The notes beneath the pieces were generated by a model. It worked only from the letters and a program-made list of their open reading frames with translations. It did not search any database and was not told the DNA's origin. A stretch of DNA of 59,187 nt, filler included. It is 4 parts of 4 records of this genome, joined end to end, with 100 filler letters (N's around TTAATTAATTAA, not from the genome) between each part and the next. Parts side by side here need not be neighbours in the genome. Positions count along the whole stretch, not along the records: positions 24,686 to 36,207 come from SRR20825019_1134; positions 36,308 to 49,751 come from SRR20825019_1139; 2 more parts are not named here. One strand, 5' to 3'. Positions 26,887 through 36,636 of the stretch are shown piece by piece. The position numbers and the translations under genes are program-made. Numbering within the stretch: the first letter of the stretch is position 1; each line of letters starts with the position of its first letter.

Positions 26887-27304
26887 GTTCTATTTCCTAT
26901 TAAAGCAAACCGGGCAGCCCGCGAACCTGCCCACTGGCAATTATCAGCCAAACCCATGCGTCAGGGCGAGACGCCGCGCTGCAGTCACGCATCTGAAAAT
27001 CATCCCGAACCGGTCTCCGTCTACAAGCACTCCTGTGCTCCTTGATTGTGGTGAGCAGGCACACCGGCAATGGATAAAGGAGTGGTTCGGGCAATGCCAC
27101 TTGCCCGCTGCGACCGAAGTCACGACAAGGCAAGGCAATTCCCCGGCAGCCGCGCCCAGGTAAATCCGACTGCCGGCCTACCTTGCGCCTAAATCGCATT
27201 GACAGCAAGTCGCAAGGGATAGGCCATGTCCGCCATACGGTGAAACGGACCAGATCCGAGGATCAACGCCCGGCGGCGAGTGCGACGCGCGCCACGCCGA
27301 TCTG

Positions 27305-28300
27305 CTACCGCAATTCCGCATTCAGCACCAGGGCGTATTCGACCGGCTTGCGCTGCGAAACCGGAACCCGGAGGGTTTCGGGCAACACGCCGAAGCCAAC
27401 CATGGTGATCACCAGTTCGCTTTCCGGCAGATCGATCAGGCGACGGAGCTTGTCATCCTGGCGATGCTCCACCGACCAGTTGAGCATCACCGCGCCAAGT
27501 CCTTCTGCATGAAGCCCGTAGGCAAAACTCATCGCGAACATGCCGCCGTCCACCCATGCCTGGTAACGCTCATGCGCATGTTCCCAATGGGCGAGATCGG
27601 AGGTAATGACGGCAATGCCGCCAAGCTGGTCGCCAAAGCCGCGATTGCCGTTCTGAAGGGCTGCGATCCGGGCGATATCGGACGGGTCGGTCCATATCCG
27701 GGCGCGACAGGTCTGGCGGTTGCAGGACGAAGGCGACTGCTGCGCGGCTCGAACGGCCGTTTCGATCGATGTGGCCGGAACGGGTTCTTTCGCGTAGGTC
27801 CTGACGGAATGACGGGCTTCGGCAAAACACAGGAAATCGATCATGCCCCGGCTTCGTATCTCTTCCGCGGTGACGGTTTCGACGCCGCCGCGCAAACCGC
27901 TGCTCCGGCTTTCGCCATACCGCGAAACCACGTCTTCGATCGCCTTGAGATCGAGCCCGCTTGCCGCGTTGAAGGCAAGATAGCTCTCAAGCGTTCGCAG
28001 CGCGATCTCGGTCGTCGCATCCGCTCCGAAATGCTCGATATAGGTGCCGATATCAGCCGCAAGCTGCTGGGCCTTTTCGCGCCCATGCCCCTGTCTGGCG
28101 CCCTCCAGGGCCGATCCATATTCCAGAAAATGCAACCCGATCGCTATCCTGGCCCTGAGGTTTTCACGGCTTCTGGCCGCCGCCGTGAACGAGCAGCGCC
28201 AGAAGCGGCGGGCATCGCGAAGCGTGTTCGAAATCAGTTTCGAGAACAGCTCTGTTCTTTCCCTGAGCGGCGGCCGTGGTTCGGGAAGGTTTCCGGACAT
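27305..28300 (-). CDS. Nitroreductase-family (FMN-dependent) protein with N-terminal extension
   Basis: ARHSVRTY, SPSSCNRQ, QNGNRGFG, VDGGMFAMSFAYGLHAEGLG. Start at ATG 28300 preferred over the ORF-track start 28423. Confidence 0.85.
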   Translation of the reverse strand: MSGNLPEPRPPLRERTELFSKLISNTLRDARRFWRCSFTAAARSRENLRARIAIGLHFLEYGSALEGARQGHGREKAQQLAADIGTYIEHFGADATTEIALRTLESYLAFNAASGLDLKAIEDVVSRYGESRSSGLRGGVETVTAEEIRSRGMIDFLCFAEARHSVRTYAKEPVPATSIETAVRAAQQSPSSCNRQTCRARIWTDPSDIARIAALQNGNRGFGDQLGGIAVITSDLAHWEHAHERYQAWVDGGMFAMSFAYGLHAEGLGAVMLNWSVEHRQDDKLRRLIDLPESELVITMVGFGVLPETLRVPVSQRKPVEYALVLNAELR

Positions 28301-28606
28301 AGACAAACTCCAGCGCGATGCATCCCTGGGAGATTGTTTGGATTCAATGCCTGACGCAAGTCCGTGCCTATTCCCGCAGGATAGGTCACGTATGATTTTC
28401 TGGTTCACGGGACACGAATTCATCCAACTGATATATATAAATAAAAATGTGCATACCTATCTTTTCGAATAGGTTTTCATCCTGCACGACGCGAAGAAAA
28501 TCGTCCGTATTACCCGAAACCCTATTCGTGAAAAACCTTCTCACATCGCTGGTCTGGCCCACACAATGGGATCAGCAAAAAATGAAAAGCAGCAGGGAAC
28601 GCAGCC

Positions 28607-29371
28607 GTGGCCAAATCTGTTCATGTCCGCATCATCTCGCCGATCACGACCACCGGCTTTCGCACGGATGCCGCCGTGAAATCCCTTGAAACGGATGGTT
28701 TGACGGTCTCCGCAACCCAGATCGCCAGGGGGCCGGCATCGATCGAAAGCGAATATGAAGGCGCGATGGCGGCTCCCGATACGGTTCGCATGATCATCGA
28801 GGCCGAACGCGAGGGCGTCGATGCCTGCGTGATCGACTGCATGGGCGATCCGGGCCTGAAACCCGCCCGCGAGACGGTGTCGATCCCGGTTCTCGGACCC
28901 TGCAACACCGCCATGCATATCGCCGCGATGCTGGGCCATAAATTCTCGGTCATAACGATTGCCCGCCGGCTGCTCCCGCAGTTCGAGAACGCCGCCGCTC
29001 TCGCCGGGCTGTCCGCGCGCATGGCATCGGCCCGCTCCGTTGAAATTCCGGTGCTGGAGCTGGAAGCCGATATGGACAGGACCCGCAAGATCCTCATCGA
29101 CGAAGCGCGGAAGGCCGTCGAGCGCGATGGCGCCCACGCCATCATCTTCGGCTGCACCGGCCTGTTCGGCTGCGCGGCCGCCGTGCGCGAGGGCCTGCTC
29201 GAGCGCGGCATCGATGTCCCCGTCATCGACCCGATCCCGACCGCCGTCAACATTGCCGCAGCGCTGGTGCGGAGCAATCTCAGCCAGTCTGCCCTCACCT
29301 ATCCGCTGCCGCCGGAAAAAGCCATGCCGGGCTACGATATGCCGGAGCTGCGGCTGAAGGCGGCGGAGTGA
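28607..29371 (+). CDS. Aspartate/glutamate/hydantoin racemase family protein
   Basis: GPASIES plus two catalytic Cys motifs, IDCMGDPG and IFGCTG. GTG start after AGGGA. Confidence 0.9.
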   Translation: MAKSVHVRIISPITTTGFRTDAAVKSLETDGLTVSATQIARGPASIESEYEGAMAAPDTVRMIIEAEREGVDACVIDCMGDPGLKPARETVSIPVLGPCNTAMHIAAMLGHKFSVITIARRLLPQFENAAALAGLSARMASARSVEIPVLELEADMDRTRKILIDEARKAVERDGAHAIIFGCTGLFGCAAAVREGLLERGIDVPVIDPIPTAVNIAAALVRSNLSQSALTYPLPPEKAMPGYDMPELRLKAAE

Positions 29372-29375
29372 CACC

Positions 29376-30275
29376 ATGACGGACACGACCGCGGCGGTAT
29401 CGGAAAAGACATTGCCAGCCTGGCTGAAGCCCAATCTCTGGTGGCTGGTTCTGCCCGCGATCCTGTTCATCCTCCTGTTCTTTCTGATACCGGTCATGTC
29501 GCTGTTCCTGTCGAGCTTCGACAAGGCGACGCCGGGTCAGATCACCTTTCAGGGCAATTTCTCGCTCGACAATTACGAGCGCATCTTCACGCGCTCGCTC
29601 TATTACATGGCGATCTGGCGTTCGGTCTGGATCGGCGCCGCGGTTTCGGCGGTCTGCCTCGTCATCGGCTATCCACTGGCCTTCATCATTGCCCGGGCCA
29701 TCAAACCCGGCACCGCCACGCTTCTGACGATCCTTGTGTTGAGCTCGATGCAACTCGACATGGTCATCCGGCTCTACGGACTGATGGTGTTGATGGGCGA
29801 CAGGGGGCTGATCAATTCGGGCCTGATCGCGCTCGGCATCATCTCCGAACCGCTGCCGCTGATGTACAATGCCCTGGGGGTTATCGTCGGGCTGGTGCAG
29901 GTGACGCTTCCCTTCATGGTGCTCTCCCTCATCGGCGCGATCCGCTCGATCAATCCCTCGCTCGAGGAAGCCGCGCGCAGCCTCGGTTCGTCGCGCTGGC
30001 ATGTGATGCGCACCATCACATGGCCGCTGTCGCTGCCCGGCGTCTATGCGGGCACGCTGCTGGTCTTCGCGCTCGCGATCTCCTCCTATGTCGTGCCGGC
30101 GCTGATGGGCGGCTGGAAGGTGATCACGCTGCCGATCCACATCTACCAGCAGATCGCCGAGGTCGGCCGCTGGCAGTTCGGCGCGGCCGTCGCCGCCATC
30201 CTGTTCATCACGTCGCTGTTCGCCATGGGCCTTTATATTCTCGCGCTGCGCCGCAATGCCGGAGGCCGTGTCTGA
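29376..30275 (+). CDS. ABC transporter permease (PotB-like)
   Basis: Multiple TM segments; EAA motif LEEAARSLG. Confidence 0.93.
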   Translation: MTDTTAAVSEKTLPAWLKPNLWWLVLPAILFILLFFLIPVMSLFLSSFDKATPGQITFQGNFSLDNYERIFTRSLYYMAIWRSVWIGAAVSAVCLVIGYPLAFIIARAIKPGTATLLTILVLSSMQLDMVIRLYGLMVLMGDRGLINSGLIALGIISEPLPLMYNALGVIVGLVQVTLPFMVLSLIGAIRSINPSLEEAARSLGSSRWHVMRTITWPLSLPGVYAGTLLVFALAISSYVVPALMGGWKVITLPIHIYQQIAEVGRWQFGAAVAAILFITSLFAMGLYILALRRNAGGRV

Positions 30276-31081
30276 TGGAAGACGTCAATCCGATCCCGTT
30301 CACCTTCCGCGTTATCGCCGCGATCGCGCTCATGGTCCTGCTGGTTCCGGTCGGCATCGTCGTTCTCGCCGGTCTCAATTCCGGCGAATACCTGACCTTC
30401 CCGCCGGAAGGCTTCTCGCTGCGCTGGATCAGGAATTTCTTCGTCTCGCCGACCTTCCTGCCCGCCTTCAAGCTCTCCTTCGGACTGGCGCTGGTGACGA
30501 CCATCATTTCGACCTTCCTCGGAACGCTGGCGTCGATCTTCCTGACCCGCAGCGCCAGCAAATCGCGCGAGGTCTTCCGCGCGGTCTTCTTCCTGCCCGT
30601 GGTTCTGCCCGGCGTGGTGCTCGGCCTCGCGCTCTATGTGTTCTTCATCTGGAGCGATATCGGACTTGCCCGCAGCCTTGCCGGAATGATCATCGGCCAC
30701 GTGCTGGTGACGATGCCTTTCGTCATCGCAACGGTGACGGCATCGTTGGTCGATCTCGATCTGTCGGTGGAAGAAGCGGCGCGATCGCTCGGAGCCTCAC
30801 CGGTTCAGGCCTTCATGAAGGTCACGTTGCCGCTGATCACGCCGGGCATCTCGGCGGGCTCCATCTTCGCCTTCATCGTCTCTTTCGGACAGTTCGAGCT
30901 GACCCTGTTCCTGGCAACGCCGAACCTGCAGACGCTGCCTTTGGCGATCTACTCCTCGCTGCGCTACGCCTTCGAACCGACGGCGGCGGCGGCCGGCATC
31001 TTCGCCATCTGCCTCGTCACGGTTTCAACCCTGATCTCCACACGCCTGTCCAACCTCAAAAAACTACTGAGCCGTCGATAA
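30275..31081 (+). CDS. ABC transporter permease (PotC-like)
   Basis: ATG overlaps upstream TGA (TGATG). FPPEGFSLRW, VEEAARSLGA, FIVSFGQF. Confidence 0.93.
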   Translation: MEDVNPIPFTFRVIAAIALMVLLVPVGIVVLAGLNSGEYLTFPPEGFSLRWIRNFFVSPTFLPAFKLSFGLALVTTIISTFLGTLASIFLTRSASKSREVFRAVFFLPVVLPGVVLGLALYVFFIWSDIGLARSLAGMIIGHVLVTMPFVIATVTASLVDLDLSVEEAARSLGASPVQAFMKVTLPLITPGISAGSIFAFIVSFGQFELTLFLATPNLQTLPLAIYSSLRYAFEPTAAAAGIFAICLVTVSTLISTRLSNLKKLLSRR

Positions 31082-31108
31082 CCGGCCAAACTCCAGAAAG
31101 GGAACAGC

Positions 31109-32209
31109 ATGACCGATACCAAGAAAGGCCTCTCAAGACGCACCCTCCTCAAGGCGGGCGCGGCAACTGCGGGCGTCAGCCTGTTCAACATCAACCATGC
31201 CTTCTCGCAGGATGTCACCTATGACGGCGGCGTGTTCGACGCCGGCGGCGCGGTGCTCAACATCGCGGGCTGGGGCGGTTACTGGGAGGAGATCCAGAAC
31301 AAGCTGGTGCTCGACAAATTCCAGGAAGATTTCAACTGCCAGATCCGCTACGACAGCACCTTTCCCTGGTTCCCGAAATATGTCGCCGCCGGCCCGGAAA
31401 ACCCGCCCTTTGCGATGAACAACTGGAACATGCCGGAAATGTTCAAGACGGCCGGCGCCGGCGATTACTTCATGGATGTCGAGGAGGTCAGGGCCAACGT
31501 CCCGAACACGTCGGAACTCTGGGATTTCTCGATGCAGACCGGCATCGGCATCACCTGGGCGTTCTCGCGCTACTGCTATGTCTACCGCACCGATGTCGGG
31601 GTCACGCCGAAGAGCTTCAAGGATTTCTGGCTGCCCGACTATTCCGGCAAGCGCGGCACCTACATCACCTCCAACACCCTGCAGATGATGTTCTTCATGG
31701 CCTCCTGCGCCCAGTTCGGCAGCGGCGAAACCGATTTCGACGCCGGCTACAAGGCGATGAAGGAAGCAATGCCGATGAAGATCTCCGACTTCACCGGCAA
31801 TATGGCGGCGCTCGTCGAGCGCGGCGAAGTCAACATTGCCGTGCAGTCCGACGCCGAAGCGCTGCTGCAGCAGGAAAAGGGCGTTCCGGTCGATCTCTAC
31901 TACTGGGACGAATACAAGGGCATCCTGACCCAGACCCAGACGATCAGCAAATATGCCGATCCGACCGCCAAGAAGCTCTCGTTTGCGCTTTTGGACCGCA
32001 TGCTGTCGCCCGAATTCCAGACCGGCTTTGCCGACGAATTCTGGATGCGTCCGACAAACAAGAATGCGGTCATTCCGGAAAAGATGGCGAAGCTCGGCGT
32101 GGCGAATACGGCAGACGCCACATCCGGCCTCCATATTCCGGACTGGTCGGCCTATCTCGCCGACGAAATCGACATCGTCGAAACCGTCAACGAGATATTC
32201 GGCTCGTAA
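31109..32209 (+). CDS. ABC substrate-binding protein (PotD/PotF-like fold) with Tat signal
   Basis: SRRTLLK twin-arginine motif, GWGG motif, position within the ABC operon. Confidence 0.9.
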   Translation: MTDTKKGLSRRTLLKAGAATAGVSLFNINHAFSQDVTYDGGVFDAGGAVLNIAGWGGYWEEIQNKLVLDKFQEDFNCQIRYDSTFPWFPKYVAAGPENPPFAMNNWNMPEMFKTAGAGDYFMDVEEVRANVPNTSELWDFSMQTGIGITWAFSRYCYVYRTDVGVTPKSFKDFWLPDYSGKRGTYITSNTLQMMFFMASCAQFGSGETDFDAGYKAMKEAMPMKISDFTGNMAALVERGEVNIAVQSDAEALLQQEKGVPVDLYYWDEYKGILTQTQTISKYADPTAKKLSFALLDRMLSPEFQTGFADEFWMRPTNKNAVIPEKMAKLGVANTADATSGLHIPDWSAYLADEIDIVETVNEIFGS

Positions 32210-32222
32210 GCAACAGGGGTAA

Positions 32223-32245
32223 GGCGGGCCGCCCATCGGCCCGCC
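32223..32245 (+). terminator. Intercistronic GC hairpin after the SBP gene
   Basis: GGCGGGCCG-cccat-CGGCCCGCC, 9-bp stem, no U-tract; more likely an mRNA stabiliser than a true terminator. Confidence 0.6.
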
Positions 32246-32282
32246 CCCGCCAACGTCACCTGAAAAACGAGGCAGGAACGCC

Positions 32283-33377
32283 GTGTCCGACATCCGGCTG
32301 GAACAACTCACGAAGCGCTATGGCGATCAGACCGCGGTCGATTCCCTGTCGCTCGACATCAAGGAAGGCGAGTTCTACGCGCTGCTCGGCCCGTCCGGCT
32401 GCGGCAAGTCGACAACGCTTCGAATGGTGGCGGGGTTCGTCAAACCGACAACCGGGCGCATCGTCGTCGGCGGTCGGAACCTGACGCCGCTGCCGCCCGA
32501 AAAGCGCGATATCGGCATCGTCTTCCAGAATTACGCGATCTTTCCGCATATGTCGGTGGCCGACAATATCGCCTTCGGCCTCAAGCTTCGGAAAAAGCCG
32601 CGCGCCGAGATCGACAAGTCGGTGAAGGATGCGCTCGAACAGGTGGGACTCACCGGTTTCGAGGACCGTTTTCAGCGCAATCTCTCCGGCGGCCAGCAGC
32701 AACGCGTGGCGCTTGCCCGCGTTCTGGTGACGGAACCGCGTATCCTGCTTCTCGACGAACCGCTGTCCGCGCTCGACAAGACGCTGCGCGAGGAAATGAA
32801 GTTCTGGATCAAGGATCTGCAGCAAAAGCTCGGCATCACCACGATCTACGTCACCCATGACCAGGACGAGGCGCTGACCATGTCCGACCGGATCGGCGTC
32901 ATGCGCGCGGGCGAGATCGAGCATTCCGGCACGCCGCAGCAGATCTACGAGGAACCGGCGACATTGTTCGTGACCACCTTTATCGGCCAGTCGAACGTCA
33001 TCGGCGTGATCGCGCGTGGCGTCGCCGACGGGATCGCGACATTCAGCCTCGGCGATCAGGTGCTGCAGGCGGCAACCCGGCATCACCTGCCGAAAAACGC
33101 CCCGGCAAAGCTGATCATCCGGCCTGAAAACGTGCTGATGGGACCCGAAGCGGAAGCGCAGGGCGTGTCGCTGATAACAGCCACGGTGATCGATGAGACC
33201 TATCAGGGCGCGATGCTGCGTTACCGGCTGAAGGTCGCCGGACAGGAAATCGTCGCCGAACGGCAGAACCAGCTTCACCTGGACCGGTGGAGCCGCGGCG
33301 AGCAGGTAAAAATCGGCTGGACGGAGAAGCGGGCGCGCGTCCTGCCCGATGATCCGTCCGTGAGCGTGGGCAGTTAG
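32283..33377 (+). CDS. ABC transporter ATP-binding protein (PotA-like)
   Basis: GPSGCGKST, LSGGQQQRVALAR, LLLDEP, YVTHDQ, TOBE-type C-terminus. Confidence 0.95.
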   Translation: MSDIRLEQLTKRYGDQTAVDSLSLDIKEGEFYALLGPSGCGKSTTLRMVAGFVKPTTGRIVVGGRNLTPLPPEKRDIGIVFQNYAIFPHMSVADNIAFGLKLRKKPRAEIDKSVKDALEQVGLTGFEDRFQRNLSGGQQQRVALARVLVTEPRILLLDEPLSALDKTLREEMKFWIKDLQQKLGITTIYVTHDQDEALTMSDRIGVMRAGEIEHSGTPQQIYEEPATLFVTTFIGQSNVIGVIARGVADGIATFSLGDQVLQAATRHHLPKNAPAKLIIRPENVLMGPEAEAQGVSLITATVIDETYQGAMLRYRLKVAGQEIVAERQNQLHLDRWSRGEQVKIGWTEKRARVLPDDPSVSVGS

Positions 33378-33482
33378 CGCCGCCCACGGGACAAGCGAAC
33401 AGAAAACAACGGAACACAGTCCGGCGCATTCAGACCGTGCGCCGGGGCAGAGAACCATTTTCTTCACTGAGAGGATTTCACA

Positions 33483-35036
33483 ATGCGGATAGGCATTGAT
33501 GTGGGCGGAACGAACACGGATGCCGTCATACTGGACGGCGACAACGTGATTGCCGGGTGCAAGTCACCGACAACCGAAGATGTCAGTTCCGGCATTTCCG
33601 CGGCGCTTTCGATCGTCATGGGCGAGAGCGGCGTCGAGCCCGACGCCATCGACGCGGTGATGATCGGCACCACCCATTTCACCAACGCCGTCATCGAGCG
33701 CCGCCGCCTGTTGCAAGTCGCGGCGATCCGCATCGGCCTGCCCGCAACGCGCGGCGTGCCGCCGATGACCGACTGGCCCGCGGATCTTGCCGACACGCTC
33801 GGCCGCCACACCTTCATGCTGCACGGCGGCCATGAATTCGACGGACGCGAAATCGCGCCGCTCGATGAAGCCGGGCTCCTTGAGGTATCCCGACAGATCA
33901 GGGAGCGCGGTATCCGCGCCGCGTCCATCACCTCGGTGTTTTCCCCCGTCACCGCGGTGATGGAGCTGCGCGCGGCAGAGATTCTCAGGGAAGAATGCCC
34001 GGGCGTGGCCCTGTCGCTCAGCCACGAGATCGGACGCGTCGGCTTTCTGGAGCGCGAGAACGCCGCGATCATGAATGCCTGCCTTGCCGAGCTCTCGGCC
34101 AGGGTGGTCAGTTCTTTCCGGTTGGCGCTGAAGGAAAAGGGCATCACCGCTCCGTTCTTCATCAGCCAGAATGACGGAACGCTGATGACGCCCGAGCATG
34201 TCGAGCGCTATCCGGTCCTCACCTTCGCTTCCGGCCCCACCAACTCCATGCGCGGCGCCGCCCGGCTTGCCGGCATTGGCGACGCGATGGTGGTCGATAT
34301 CGGCGGCACCACCTCGGATGTCGGCATGCTGATGCAGGGCTTTCCGCGCGAAAGCGCCGTGGCCGTCGACATCGGCGGCGTGCGCACCAATTTCCGCATG
34401 CCGGACGTGCTGGCGATCGGCCTTGGCGGCGGATCGCTGGTGCGTGACGACGGCGCCCGCATCGGCCCGGATTCCGTCGGCTATGAAATCACCTCGAAGG
34501 CGCTGGTCTTCGGCGGCGACACGCTGACGACGACGGATATCGTCGTGGCGGCCGGCCTTGCCGATATCGGCGATGCCTCGCTTGTCGGCCATATTCCGCA
34601 ATCGACCATCGACACAGCGCTTGCCACCATGCACCGCATGGTCGATGAGGCCGTCGACCGGATGAAGACATCCGCCGACAAGCTGCCCGTGATTCTCGTC
34701 GGCGGCGGCTCGGTGCTGATCTCCCGCGACCTGCCGTCAGCAAGCGAGGTGATCCGCCCGGAAAACGCCGGCGTCGCCAATGCCATCGGCGCGGCGATCG
34801 CCCAGGTCGGCGGCGAGGTCGACCGGATCTACGCCATGGAAGGCCGGAGCCGCGACGATGTGCTCGATGAGGCCAAGGCGGAGGCGGCGGCAAATGCCGT
34901 CGCGGCCGGTGCGACAGCGGCATCGGTCAAGATCATGGATATCGAGGAGGTGCCGCTGGCCTATCTGCCGGGCTCCGCCACGCGCATCCGGGTCAAGGCC
35001 GTCGGCGACCTCGTACTGCAGGAGCAGGCGAAATGA
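33483..35036 (+). CDS. Hydantoinase/oxoprolinase family protein (HyuA-like, actin-like ATPase fold)
   Basis: IGIDVGGTNTDA, IGTTHFTNA, SGPTNS, DIGGTTSD, GLGGGS, VANAIGAA. Confidence 0.93.
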   Translation: MRIGIDVGGTNTDAVILDGDNVIAGCKSPTTEDVSSGISAALSIVMGESGVEPDAIDAVMIGTTHFTNAVIERRRLLQVAAIRIGLPATRGVPPMTDWPADLADTLGRHTFMLHGGHEFDGREIAPLDEAGLLEVSRQIRERGIRAASITSVFSPVTAVMELRAAEILREECPGVALSLSHEIGRVGFLERENAAIMNACLAELSARVVSSFRLALKEKGITAPFFISQNDGTLMTPEHVERYPVLTFASGPTNSMRGAARLAGIGDAMVVDIGGTTSDVGMLMQGFPRESAVAVDIGGVRTNFRMPDVLAIGLGGGSLVRDDGARIGPDSVGYEITSKALVFGGDTLTTTDIVVAAGLADIGDASLVGHIPQSTIDTALATMHRMVDEAVDRMKTSADKLPVILVGGGSVLISRDLPSASEVIRPENAGVANAIGAAIAQVGGEVDRIYAMEGRSRDDVLDEAKAEAAANAVAAGATAASVKIMDIEEVPLAYLPGSATRIRVKAVGDLVLQEQAK

Positions 35037-36124
35037 AACTTGGAACCCAGGACCTCAAGGATCTCGCCGTCGGAGCGGCCTTTCTCGGCACCGGCGGCGG
35101 CGGCGATCCCTATATCGGCCGCCAGATGGTGCAGAAATGCCTCGATGACGGGCTGACCGTCGATCTGGTCGATCCCGATACGCTCGACGACGACGCGCTG
35201 GTCATTCCAACGGCCATGATGGGCGCGCCGACCGTTCTGGTCGAAAAACTCCCCTCCGGAGAAGAAGCCATCCTGTCGCTGAAGCGCCTGGAAAAGCGGC
35301 TCGGCAAGACCGCAACCCACACAATGCCGATCGAGGTCGGCGGCATCAACTCGACCATTCCGCTGCTGGTCGGCGCCCGTCTCGGCCTGCCGATCGTCGA
35401 TGGCGACGGCATGGGTCGCGCCTTTCCCGAACTGCAGATGGAAACCTTCGGCGTCTACGGCATTTCCGGCTCGCCGATGGCGGTTTCCAACGAATGGGGC
35501 GACTGCACGCTGATCGAGGCGCGCTCCAACGAGATGATGGAATGGCTGTCGCGCGGCGTCGCCATCCGCATGGGAGGCGCGGCCTATATCGCCGAATATG
35601 CGATGTCTGGCGCGCAGGTGAAGCGCACCGCCGTGCCGCGCACGCTGTCGCTCGCCATCCAGGTCGGCCGGGTTCTGCGCGAGGCCAAGGCCAACCACCA
35701 GAGCCCGTTCGAGGCGCTGCTCGCCTTCATGCCGAAAACGCTCTACAGCTTCGCCACCATCATCTATTCCGGCAAGATCGCCGATCTTCAGCGCGAAACC
35801 CGCAACGGTTTCTCGATCGGACGCACCCGGATCGAGGGGTTTGCGCCCTATGACGGCGTGATGGAAATCGAGATCCAGAACGAGAACCTGATTGCCCGCG
35901 TCGACGGCAAGGTGCGCGCTATCGTGCCGGACCTCATCTGCATCATGGACAGCGAAACCGCCGAACCGATCACCACGGAAGGGCTGCGCTACGGCCAGCG
36001 CGTCACGGTGATTTCGGTCTCCGTTCCCGAAATGATGCGCACCCCGGAAGCGCTCGCCGTCTTCGGCCCGAAATGTTTCGGGCTCGACGAGCCCTATACC
36101 AGGATCGAGGAGCTGTCGGCATGA
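35033..36124 (+). CDS. DUF917 family protein
   Basis: GAAFLGTGGGGDP, MGAPT, EVGGINS, DGDGMGRAFPELQM, QNENL, PDLI, LRYGQRV. ATGA overlap with the upstream gene. Confidence 0.92.
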   Translation: MKLGTQDLKDLAVGAAFLGTGGGGDPYIGRQMVQKCLDDGLTVDLVDPDTLDDDALVIPTAMMGAPTVLVEKLPSGEEAILSLKRLEKRLGKTATHTMPIEVGGINSTIPLLVGARLGLPIVDGDGMGRAFPELQMETFGVYGISGSPMAVSNEWGDCTLIEARSNEMMEWLSRGVAIRMGGAAYIAEYAMSGAQVKRTAVPRTLSLAIQVGRVLREAKANHQSPFEALLAFMPKTLYSFATIIYSGKIADLQRETRNGFSIGRTRIEGFAPYDGVMEIEIQNENLIARVDGKVRAIVPDLICIMDSETAEPITTEGLRYGQRVTVISVSVPEMMRTPEALAVFGPKCFGLDEPYTRIEELSA

Positions 36125-36207
36125 GGGAACTCCATGCCGAAGACCTGGAAGACATTGCCGTCGGTGCTGCGATTCTCGGCACCGGCGGCGGCGGCGACCC
36201 CTATATC
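36121..36207 (+). CDS. Second DUF917 family protein, 3' truncated by contig end
   Basis: MRELHAEDLEDIAVGAAILGTGGGGDPYI is paralogous to the start of the preceding gene; ATGA overlap. Confidence 0.85.
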
Positions 36208-36307
36208 NNNNNNNNNNNNNNNNNNNNNNNNNNNNNNNNNNNNNNNNNNNNTTAATTAATTAANNNNNNNNNNNNNNNNNNNNNNNNNNNNNNNNNNNNN
36301 NNNNNNN
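36208..36307. other. Artificial contig spacer
   Basis: N-run with TTAATTAATTAA at 36252-36263. Confidence 0.99.
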
Positions 36308-36636
36308 CTCGGCATCTGGCTACGGGAGAGATGTCGCTGGTCGGCCGGGCCGCGGCCCCGGCAAGCCCGCACTCGTCAGTCACGAGTGGCTGCTGCGCCG
36401 GGCCGCGGCCGGGCGGGACCGCCAGCCCCTGCGCTCGGCGGCCGTCGCCACTGAAGTTGCCGGCACGGCCCCCTGACCGCTGAGTTTGGGCCGGTTCCGC
36501 CTCAGGCCCGGCCGGCGGCCACCGACGCGGCGGTCGGCCGTTTGGGCCCATAACTAATATAATTAAAATCATCTACGCAGCGAGAGATAGAGTGGTGAGC
36601 ACCTTCTCGATCGTCACTGAGGCCCTCGTCGACACT

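Noticed and set aside
31133-34634. Long antisense and alternate-frame ORFs over the bacterial operons (also 50624-52201, 52581-54110, 55155-56168, 56289-57776)
   Set aside because: Typical shadow ORFs of high-GC coding DNA, with no motifs of their own.
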